Assembly: GCA_025201805.1 (NCBI GenBank)
Contig: MU619255.1
Coordinates: forward strand, 237,034-301,033
Length of the DNA stretch: 64,000 nucleotides
Source: Parasitella parasitica NRRL 2501
Taxonomy: Eukaryota > Fungi > Mucoromycota
Reading direction: 5' to 3'
In this document: one piece after another, positions 53,880 to 64,000 of the stretch
How the letters are laid out: the number at the start of each line of letters is the position of its first letter
Position numbering within the stretch: the first letter of the stretch is position 1
Position numbers and translations under genes: made by a program
The notes under the pieces: model-generated
Databases searched by the model: none
What the model saw: the letters and a program-made list of their open reading frames with translations, nothing else
What the model was told of the DNA's origin: nothing

Positions 53880-54639
53880 ATGATTTATTGTTGGAAACGA
53901 GAGCAAAAAAAAAAAAAAGCTTAGATATTCGTGTGAAAAATACAAAACGGAATGCAAAGAAAAAAATATTGGAGATTTTCAGTGTTTTGCCAAAAAAATT
54001 GGGGTCTAATCCATTTTTTTAATTCTTCATGTTTGTTCTCCCATCAGACTCTCGTATTTAAAGTTATGGCGATCGAAGCCTTTTTTGGTGAAATCAGTAA
54101 CAGCCATAGCTATCTAATGTTTCTAGCAAGAATATCTCTGCTTCGAAACTTAATTATACCATCATATTGAGGAACGATACTTTTAAGATGCGATGATATG
54201 CTACGCAGTGGTTCTTCACAAGGATATACCGAATATCCGTATCATTTGATGCCATCATCATTACCTTGAGCGTAAGGATAGATTAGTGTTGTGTTTTACA
54301 TAGCTTCGGAATGAGTTTGGTGCGTGAATCGTACACATCACGAAAATAATATTTATTTTACCAGATTCGTATTAACAAAACATAATTTCGAAACACTCGT
54401 TCAATACTGATAGTAAAAGGCAATGTTCTTGAAGTAATTGCCATTTTATTTAACAAAATATAAAGATCAAGTAAACAAAACGCCTTTTAATTTTCTATAT
54501 TTCCTTACGAAATCCTGTACATTATCTATATATTATTTCTAGTAAAGGATGGAAGCTTTCTGTACGTTTTTAATTTTGTTAACTCATCGCTTGCAATGTT
54601 AGGGAGATGCGTTCTCAAACATAGTAACTTTTATAGACA

Positions 54640-55599
54640 GGTTTGACATCAAGCTGCTCAGAGCGTCAAATCGCTTGATTGAAATGATGCCCTCCTAAGC
54701 GTATTTTGTTGCTATTAAGAAAGAGTTCAGCGCATATAAAATTCAATCAAGCAAGATCGTCTATAATTGTTGGTGTGCAGACGCATAAATGGCAGATGTA
54801 TGGGGTGTAGATGAAAGCGACATCGGACGAAATGACCAGTGGGACTCCACTTCTATGAACAGATCTTACTTGACAGGCCTCCTAAGAAGGCTCATGCGAT
54901 AACTTGGCTAGCTTCTCAAGAGAGGAGACGCTTTTACCTGCATAGAGACTCGTTATAACCTACAGAATAACTGAAACGCAAGGTCTTCCCCGGTGTGAGG
55001 ATATGGCAAGACAGAATCGCTGCTGGAATTGCTCAGAAGTCTACGACCGCTGAAGCTTCTAGTTTCTTTCAGCACAATCTTGCTGCAAGACTCTGTGATC
55101 ATGCAAAGAGACCACCCTAATCATTACCTGTGGGAGCACAACCTATTCCAGGATTCTTTGTATGTAAAGTTTAGAGGGTAAGTTAGATTGTATCAATTAT
55201 TAAGTACGCATAGCTCTAAACTAAATATTTTGGTTCATATGTTTAGTTAACTTATTGCTCATGAAAACAATGATCCTTCAGCATGTAATTACGTTCTGTG
55301 GTACCCCATATTGTACAAAGGCTATTAACATTGGAATCAGCATGAACGCCACTCAACCAAACAACAAGATGGATGAGATCTTGAATCACATTAGTGGTAT
55401 CTCAACTGGGCGCGCCCTGTTGAATATCAACATCACCATTCCAGCCGATGGAGATTACCAAGTTTCTAAGATATCAACAACTGTCCCTCCCTCCAACGGC
55501 GTCACTGCTGTGGATATTGCTGAAACGCATTGACTTCAACTTGATAGGTCAGTTGACTACTTGAGCAGGCATCAGGATTCCAACTTTGCAGACGAGTAG
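54640..55599 (+). mobile_element. Decayed Crypton (tyrosine-recombinase, Ndc10-II/GCR1_C type) DNA transposon; may extend 5' to ~54200
   Basis: Manual translation: 'FDIKLL...IQSSKIVYNCWCADA*MADVWGVDESDIGRNDQWDSTSMNRSYLTGL', 'FYLHR...KVFPG..W', 'LLQDSVIM...PNHYLWEHNLFQD', and C-terminal 'RSVDYLSR'. These match fungal CryptonF motifs from memory. Many stops. Confidence 0.72.
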
Positions 55600-56367
55600 T
55601 TCGTTTTCGTATTTCATTAGTTTCTTTGTCAAACCTTCTTCCTTCTTTCGTTATTGTTAAGAAAGCTTGCTGTTATTTAATTAATTATTACTTGATCAAC
55701 TTTTAAATGAAATTATCAACTTGATCCGTTTACTCACTTCATCAGTTTTGTTTATCGAAATAGTTTACTTTCATATATCGAATATTATCATTTTCGTAAT
55801 ATTCAATAAAACCTGTATTTGATAACTATCATCGAGAGATAAATCAATTCCGTAATATTTAATAAATCTTGCTCTTATATGTTATTATTTATATTCTATT
55901 CAAGAATAAATTCGTTTAAAAATTAGGATACCAATCGCATCCCCTGACCATGTATTGATATACTTTCGCATTTGATTAGTTGCTATCAGTATTATGCTGG
56001 TGTCCCGCTGTTATGTCTTTTTAGTTGCGAAACTCACTCCAATTCAACATAAATGTATTACGCCTCTCATAGCTCAAGCTATGGTATAAGTAAATCTATC
56101 AACCAGCTCAAGCAGATTGTCTTTCAGATGAATCGTGTGCAGACATGTTGGTTTTAATGTTAGTTGATAAATGTATAAAGAATCTTAACGTAAAGATAAA
56201 TAATAATTTTTTTTACCTCGTATTTCAATCAATTGAAAACTACACACAAACTGACTCGAAATTAGTGAGTATCCTATGTCTACTGTACTCTATAAATTGT
56301 ATGTGCTTATGAGTCAGATGGATTAATCCCTACGAACCACCCATGTTTACAAACTTTATAAAAAATT

Positions 56368-56439
56368 TTCCCCAACGGGGAATTGAACCCCGGCCGCGTC
56401 GGTGAGAGCGACGAATCCTAGCCACTAGACCATTGAGGA
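56368..56439 (-). tRNA. tRNA-Glu(CTC)
   Basis: Reverse complement TCCTCAATGGTCTAGTGGCTAGGATTCGTCG-CT-CTC-AC-CGACGCGGCCGGGGTTCAATTCCCCGTTGGGGAA folds as a 72-nt cloverleaf. Confidence 0.96.
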
Positions 56440-56496
56440 TATTACATATTGATACGTGCCGTAAATTAATTATGATCAGATTACCAAAAAAGAAAG

Positions 56497-56504
56497 CACG
56501 TGAT
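56497..56504 (-). promoter_or_regulatory. ATCACGTG element at -58 to -63 of tRNA-Glu
   Basis: Positionally equivalent to the motif upstream of tRNA-Leu. Confidence 0.5.
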
Positions 56505-56959
56505 ATGAGAAGATATACCAGATGTAGTCTGTCCAAGAACTCGGTACCTGAGACATTAAAAGTAGAAGTTGATCTTCAAATAAACATTGAGCTTTTCTTT
56601 CGTAATTTGCTTTTAATAATTGTTGCCTATTCCAATTGAAGAACAGATCACAGAAACACAGTAAATCCTTAGGAACAACTACTTAAATCAAATACGAATA
56701 TCCTTTGTACAAACATTTCGTCTCGGCAATTCGAACTTAGAAGAACAAATTGCTTCATAAAAAAAACCAACTCATTTCACAACTTACCAGCACAAACGTA
56801 TCAATTTTGTAAGGTGTAAAATTTAATTCTAATTAACTAGTAGGCATAATATAGAGGAAAAGTATGTGACATACACAATCAATGCTCGGGCAAATGCTGG
56901 ATAAGAGAGAATATAGCAGACTTTGATTAACAGAATAAAGATGATGTTTATTTAATAAA

Positions 56960-58185
56960 TTTCATGTTATGTTTACACTAATTGTAGCTGTTTCCAAAAG
57001 TTTCCATGGTTTTGTATTTGTCTATCTTAATTTCTAGGAACTACTATTTATTTATAGTATAAATAAAGCTTATTATTTTCTGCCTTTCACTTACCTGATT
57101 CTTCTGTATTGTTGGTTTTAAGGAATTTGTTGCATTTGAGGATAGTTCACATTTATAAAAGTAATGAATGTTTACTGTAATAAAAGAAACAAGAAAGCCT
57201 TGTATAGTGAATTTTCCAGTTGTTGCACAATGTATACTATTCAATTAGTTATCTAACTACTAGTAGTAATTACATGTATGAGAGTAGCTAGCTTGTATGG
57301 AAACTAAACAGGTTATTATTAGTAGAGATGTTACTTATGACATTTATATATAAAAGATTATTAAGAGTGGTTCATGAATTGGAAAGACTCAGACCTAGTG
57401 TTATCCATGTTGTTATGAAAAAACCACCACCTAAATAGCAAAGAGGCCCAAAAATTCAAAGAAAAGAGGAAGCTGGCAGTAGGCAAAGAGCAAAGAGCCT
57501 AGCATAGAGTATGTTGATGTTGAGGAGAGGACCACTATCGAAAACAACAAGCTAGGAGCAAAGGATGCAACTAATGCTCATTTTGTGAAATTCATGAATG
57601 GGCTTCTGAATATCATGGATATAAATGAGAATCATATGGGCAGTTATCTTGTAATGAATAATAACTGTACTATTCATAAATCTCATTCAATGATAAGAAA
57701 AATTGAGAGTAAAGGTTATAGAGTAGTGTACATATTTCCTTACTTGCTAGAGCTAAACCCAATTGAGCAGTTTTGCGCTCTTTTCAAAGGAAAAATGAAG
57801 AGCCACAGGTTGATGATTGAGGAGAATCTATCATAAAGAATTGCTGACGCATGTAACAATTCACGCTTCAGCGATCTCCAGGGATTCTGTGGAAAGTACA
57901 AGCGCCAAATTATTAGCTGCTATAAGAAGACAAACTTCTAATAAAGCTGCTTACTTTAATACAGTGCGCCCGCCGTCAGTTGGACAAATTTTCGAAAAGG
58001 CTGGTCAGATTTTTGCTTCAATGCAGAGATGTTTTAAAGAGACTGATTATTAAGATAATTTTGAATATTTTATTTTATATTTATACTAACTGTAAACTGA
58101 TTCTAAAAGGGGCCATGGTTTTGTATTTGTTCATCTTGCTTTCTAGAAATCGCTATTGATTTATATGAGGACGTTAAATAAGCTA
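56960..58185 (+). repeat. Diverged direct repeat (~56960-57070 and ~58070-58185); the second copy is preceded by a TA|CAGTG TIR-like end at 57960
   Basis: Both copies contain 'CCATGGTTTTGTATTTGT..ATCTT..TTTCTAG' with homologous flanks. Confidence 0.65.
57390..57941 (+). mobile_element. Tc1/IS630-family DDE transposase remnant
   Basis: 'AHFVKFMN', 'YLVMNNNCTIHKS' (degenerate MDN..IH), 'VYIFPYLLELNPIEQF' (degenerate LPPYSPELNPIE). Stops and frameshifts. Confidence 0.85.
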
Positions 58186-59678
58186 CATAATATAATCATA
58201 CTACTTGAACCATATCTAATGGTGTCGAACCATTTTCAAATAAATGCAAACTGTATGTCTTTTAATTTGCATTCTTTCTGTTTATATTACTTTCTTCCCT
58301 TTCTCTTAATCTCTCTATTGTGCATATTTTATAGCACTTTAACTTTTTGTGAATCAAGAAGTTTGTTTTTCAATGCTGTTCAAGATGCATCAAAAACGAC
58401 CAAAAATTCAGAATAGATATGCTTCTTATAATGATAGGCTTTTCATTTTCAAGAGATCATTCCTTAGGCTCAAAACCATGAGCATCAGCAGCAAGGTTTC
58501 TTCCTCTACACAGAACGAAGATTGTTTCCTTGGCTCTTTGCGTAACAAGGCTGCCAGCATTGTCGTTGCAAAGCTTCAGCGTTCTCTGTTTTCATTGCTT
58601 GAGGATGTTTCCTACAATCCAATGCTATAGTGTAAGGTACATTTTCTACTTTTTTTTAAAAAAAAATTGAAGGCTATTGACACTTAAATCAGGGTGATGT
58701 AGCAGGTTCCTAACTGGAGGTCAAATTCAAATAAATTCAATACTGAGCACAATCCAGGAATATATATCATCAATAGATCATGGCCATATTTAAAAACATG
58801 TTCATCGACGATAAATACAACTTTTCCCATTCTATAAATTACACCATGTCTAACGCTTACAACTTATCCCCTCATCAGTCCACTTAGATTCACTAGTGTA
58901 TAGGCCATCATTTTTCCATGTAATAAACGAGATCTTTACCTGATTAATTCAAACCGTTTTACTTAAATAATTTCTCATTCTGATAAATCACAGGCTTAAA
59001 TCAATCTCTATTGTTGGTTATGTGATAAAGTGGTGGCGTTTATATGTAATTTTTATATAAAAATTTGTGTTTTCAGTTGACAGCCTTGTAGATGTTAATA
59101 TTTTCATCGATATAATATTTTTATTATTAGATAGCACTGAGCCAAGCGTATATGTACAATGTTTAGCCTCGATGACAAATATATTTCATTAGAAATAGTT
59201 TAATATATAAAAAGGATGACATTTCCTTGTCATCAATAAAACCATTAGTAATTTGTGTTAGATTTATAAAGGCTTTTTTTTTTATATTTGAAGAATTATA
59301 CTGAGCATAACAACTTAGATAAATGATAAGACTTTACTAAAGATGTTATTTCATTATTGCAGATGACGGGCATCCTCTACAAAGGCAGTTGAATCAAGTC
59401 ATAATACCCAATCGGGTAAGAAACAGGCAAACTAGAGTTTGAACTCTGATACTTTGGAGAATTTTTATTATGAACCATCAAACCAAGCACCCTCTACAGC
59501 AGCAATGAATAATTCCATTTTTTTCTACGGAAAAAAGTATCATATTGGAGGTAGGAAGTGAAGTCAACAGGAATTAGGTTAGGTACGACAAGCTATTAAG
59601 AACCAGAATTTGGTGACTCTGGAACATTGTAACCGTGATTTTTTTTTTGTATTTCTTTAAAAGCTTTTACTTATTAAT

Positions 59679-61433
59679 ATGAGCCATTTATCTGATGAAG
59701 ACGACGAGTTCTTATACGGCACATCTGATGCAGTGGAAACCAAAACAAATAATCCTTCAGATACCAAGAATGGTATATAACAATACCAAACAACGCGATT
59801 AAGATGCTTACATGATTATATGATTATATAGGTGACGATGTTGACGACCTTTACGATTTATACGACGACGAAAATGATCTGAAAGAGTATGTTGATTATT
59901 AGACAGTGATATTTCCTATTTGACTAATCTACATTGTTAAATAATAGAGCTGACCAGTATGTTCAAATGGTCACTTATAGAACGTAATCTAAATTTGCAT
60001 ATCTTGATTTTATAGAAAGGAGCCAGAGAAAGAAGCTAGTAAAGATGATACAGAAATCCAAACTACAGACAAGATAGCAGATGATATAGCAACGACAGAA
60101 GATAAAACCTCTGCAGACGTATCAGTAGAAGTTGATCAAGATAACAACGATAATAATGATCAAGAAGAGGATGAAGACAGTGATGATGTAAGATTACTCT
60201 TCTTAATTCTAGACAGAAGCAAGTACATTCAGCTCATCTATTTTGTATCCCTAGGACTTAGAAATTATTTTGGAACCTGAGGAAGAGCCTCAACAAGAAG
60301 CGGAGGTAGAGCAAGCACAAGCGTGAGTTCATAAAAGACGTATCTTTGATACATAAATTAACCACACTCAATTGCATATCAGGGGAAAAGCTACAATAGC
60401 CAACGAAACGAAAGAAACACCTGTAAATATCAAACCTGGTCAACAGGGCAAACCTTCTTCAGTACCTACAACATCAACATCAAATTCAAACGCTACAGGA
60501 GCCAAAGTAGCACAAGGCGGAATTAATCTCGAAGCTATAGGAGAATATAACGGTCAGCCCATTACTGACGTCGATCTAGACAACGTAGAAGATAAACCAT
60601 GGCGAAAACCAGGTGCTGATATCACAGATTATTTCAACTATGGGTTTAACGAAATAACATGGAGATCATACTGCGCAAAACAAAAGATGCTGAGAGAGAA
60701 TAAAAAGGTTTGTTGCTACATCAAGTGCTTTTGGGTTCATCTAACTGTCATAACATGTAGATGATGGGAGATATGGATATGGGAGATTTTATGTCAATGG
60801 GTATGATGATGCCCCCCGGCATGATGGATGGCAATATGCCAGGGATGCCAGGGATGCCACCTGGAATGCCTAACCCTATGATGGGAGATATGGACATGAA
60901 TGACTTTATGTCAATGGGCATGATGATGCCTCCTGGTATGATGGACGGTAGCATGCCTGGGATGCCAGGTATGCCACCTGGAAAGCCTAATCCTATGATG
61001 GGTTTGCCAATGGGTATGCCACCACCTCCCCAAGGTGGAAATCCTGGTATGAGGAATAATCGAGGTGGAGGAAATTTCAATGCCAGAGGTACCGGTCGAA
61101 ACATGCCAATGAACAATAGACCAAAGAATACAGATGCAGGCAAAGATCGTGGCGGAAGAGATAGTGGCCGTGATAGTGGTCGTGATAGCGGTCGTGATAG
61201 TGGCCGTGATAGTGGCCGTGATAGTGGCCGTGATAGTGGCCGTGATAGAGGAAGAGGCAGAGATCGTGATGATTCTGGAGATCACCATCGTTCAAACTCG
61301 TAAGTAACATCATTTTAAAAATATGATATCAATATATTTAAGCATTATTTTTGATAGACGGAAAAGACATCAAAGCGATAGAGATTCATCCTCACATGGC
61401 GATGATCGTTACGAAAAGAGATCTCGTCGTTAG
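59679..61433 (+). CDS. FIP1: Pre-mRNA 3'-end processing factor Fip1
   Basis: 'DEDDEFLYG', '[29 protein letters not shown]', Pro/Met-rich and RD/RS tail. Includes a 9-nt micro-exon (59948-59956). Confidence 0.95.
60761..61248 (+). repeat. Coding repeats in FIP1: 117-bp tandem duplication (60761-60994) and 12-bp GRDS repeat x~7 (61160-61248)
   Basis: Direct reading of the DNA and its translation. Confidence 0.9.
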
Positions 61434-61517
61434 CTCACAATAAATTTGTATTTATGATGGATTTCTTTTCATTCTTTTAACATACAGAGCTCTTTTATTC
61501 GCATACTAAGCAAAACG

Positions 61518-64000
61518 TTATAATCCTCTTAACAATTCCAACTCTGCATTCAGTTCATCTTGAGCCTTTTGTTTTGTCTCTGCTTTGTCATTTACTTCTC
61601 TTATATCAATCAGAAAATCACGGATATCGTTTTGAAATCGCTGCAAGTCGCCACTGTATTCAAACATACCGGTAACGAGTACCTCAATCTGATCTTTGTG
61701 AAGCAGCGGGAAAACATTACAGAGTAAATCAAGCACATATGTCTGTAAAAACTCTATGTTGGACATGAGTGGATTGGATACTTGATCTGGATTGAATAGT
61801 CTTGTATAGATCTCTCCTTCTTGCACTATCTCAAACATACGAGCAAGGATTTGGCTTTGGTAATTGAATCCTATTGCTCATTCAGCACTAGAAATAAGAG
61901 GAACTCTTTGGAAGCTTACCGTTTCTACAGTCAGGGTCCACTAGTACTTCCAATATGTCTGTAAGTATACGTACATAGTAAGTCTCAAAGAATTGACTCG
62001 ACACATCGTCTTCCATTTGAGATACCTCTCCAACCATGTGGAGACAAGTCTGAAGTGCAATCTGTGATATTTCTCGCATAGTGTGCTTCGTACCCCACAG
62101 AATGCTATCCATGTCAATTTGAAATAATTGTGGCGTTTGGAATAAGTCTATAAAGCATCTCTTGTTCAAAACTTTTAAAAGTCGATAGAATTCATGTCGA
62201 CATTCAGGATAATCTACAAAATTGGATGTAATCATTGGCAATGTAACCACATATACAATGTCTATAGTTTCCTCGAGTAAATCCGGCCATATTGGGTCCT
62301 AGGAAAGCATTTTAGCAAAAAGAAATACACCAATATTTGAGAGCACTTGTACCTGCATTTTTTCAAACAAACATGTTAATAACCCAAGCACATTTGGCTC
62401 TCGTTGTTCAGGCTTTGTCGAGTTTTTGTAGTCAACTAAAATCACCGTAATCAAACTGGTTAGCATGGACTGATCTTGAACATCTAGCTTGTCATTTGAG
62501 AGGATAAAAGTCTCGAGTAGTTCTAGGATTAATTGTCTCACACGCAAACACAATTGCACTTGTGGCCAATTATTTTGTATTTTCTGACTAATGCTTGTAT
62601 AGCACTGTACTAAAACTGGCGTCAAATCCTGTAGTTGTGTTCGAAAGACGGGTCCAACAGGTTTAGAAGTCAAAATATTGACTTTTATCATACTAATCAT
62701 TGCTTTTAACGAGCCAGGAGTATTCGCTACCAGCGATTGTTTGATCTGTAGTAGTGAACATGGTTAGAATAGCCTATTTTTTTTCCTTCCAAAAGCTCTA
62801 GTCGGCTATATACCGTCTCATTAGGTGTCTCCATCAAAGTGCGTACGCACTGCTCTTGTAATTGCACATTTGACAATGCTGATATCATGGTTCCTGCTGC
62901 TTCGTAAAACATGCATATCTAGATAATCAATGAGTGAGTAAAACGCTCAATAAATTTATGACTTTTTATACCTGCTGTGAGTTTAATTGACTAGTTAGTT
63001 TCTTCAAATCTGCAAGCACCGTTTCCAGAACAGAGATAGAATGTTCTCCATTTGAAAGCTGATGAGATACCACCATTTCACCTTTGCAGCTTTGACATAT
63101 CTTCAAAAATGAATCACATGCCATTTCTTTGAGACCTTCTTGTGGACATTGCATGTACCAAAAAATTCTTTGCAGTAACCAAGATGTAAACGTCCAATTC
63201 GACTTTAAAAAATGTGGATACTGGCTAGCAATATATAACATGTTTGACGCCACAACCCACTGCTGATCACTATTGCCGGCACTTTCTTCTCTCTGCAAAA
63301 GATGATACATATCACCAGTCAATAGGGTCTGAAGAAATTGACTTTCTTGCGGCTCTGAAGTCGCACCCGACATCATGCCAACGGCCCAGCAAACACGAAA
63401 CAGATGGTCCCACGACCAGGCAGTGTTCTCTCTATCTAATTGCAACTGCTCAAACTGCTCTCGAATCAAAGACTGGATAAAAATAGGATCGAGGCTTGTA
63501 AGCAAACCAAAGATATGTCGCATTGATTTGGATAGTGCAGTTGTATCACTCTGTTTGATGAATTCTCGACTAATCTCGCCGTCATCATTCTCAATGACAA
63601 ATACGTCGTCTGGTTTCACCATGTTTTGAATCATGGTTGAGCAAAGCTGCTTCAAAATATCATGGTAGGGTGTGGTCTGTCCATGGTTTGCATCTTGGAG
63701 TATATCGTACGTCTAAATAAACGAATTAAAAGCTAAAATTTGACCCCTTCTAGTAATGGCTTTTACCAATTTTCCCCAGTATTCTAAACATATCTTCCAT
63801 ATCTCTCGCTCCGGGACCTGAGAAACCTGTAGCAAATAAACCAGCATGTCGTGTACGCTAGCCTTTCCTCCGTCTAAGCTCTCTAGAAGCGATCTGTATT
63901 TGCAAAGCATGGTTGTTAAGAAAGTAGCCAGCACTTGAATGAAATGTTGATCGTAGCTGTCTGATTCAGCATACAGCTTTGCAATGTCCGACTCTTTTGG
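61518..64000 (-). CDS. Divergent exportin-1/CRM1 paralog (5' part beyond window)
   Basis: 'EREIWKICLEYW', 'MVKPDDVFVIENDDGEISREF', 'CWAVGMMSG', 'ASNMLYIASQYPHFL', 'MACDSFLKI', 'DYPECR', 'IRDFLIDIRE'. Frame is intact across 5 introns. Confidence 0.88.

Noticed and set aside
61077-61313. His-rich (HGHY)n antisense ORF and regular 12-bp repeat suggestive of an array
   Set aside because: It is the GRDS coding repeat of FIP1. No spacers, so not CRISPR-like.

Overview
Eukaryotic, intron-rich (mostly 50-70 nt introns) fungal scaffold. Gene content and transposon types suggest a Mucorales fungus; this is an inference. There are four N gaps. About 25 protein-coding genes are recognisable: MKT1 (partial), AlaX/AARSD1, SNF4/AMPK-gamma-like, XRCC4, a WH2-like low-complexity protein, UTP22, NOP58, an OSCA/CSC1 channel, AHA1, GSKIP, an alpha-arrestin, a secreted CS-alpha-beta defensin-like peptide, UreD, succinyl-CoA ligase alpha, RPL13, a Nab2-like CCCH protein, ADP/ATP carrier, GlcN6P deaminase, a MARCH5-like E3, FIP1, a divergent CRM1 (partial) and two hypotheticals. 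Two tRNAs are present (Leu-CAG, Glu-CTC). Two pseudogenes: a three-RRM NAM8/NGR1-like gene invisible in the ORF track, and an ATF-type bZIP. Decayed mobile DNA includes Ty3/gypsy gag-protease, a Crypton tyrosine recombinase, Tc1/IS630 and a long inverted-repeat element. The most notable observations are: an identical ATCACGTG element at about -57/-58 upstream of both unrelated tRNA genes; an Aha1 with a C-terminal membrane anchor and a 6-nt micro-exon; an intact CRM1 paralog with a rewritten NES-binding groove; a structured, snoRNA-like long intron in RPL13; and non-CpG transition bias between repeat copies. All calls come from manual translation and motif recall; no database searches were run.
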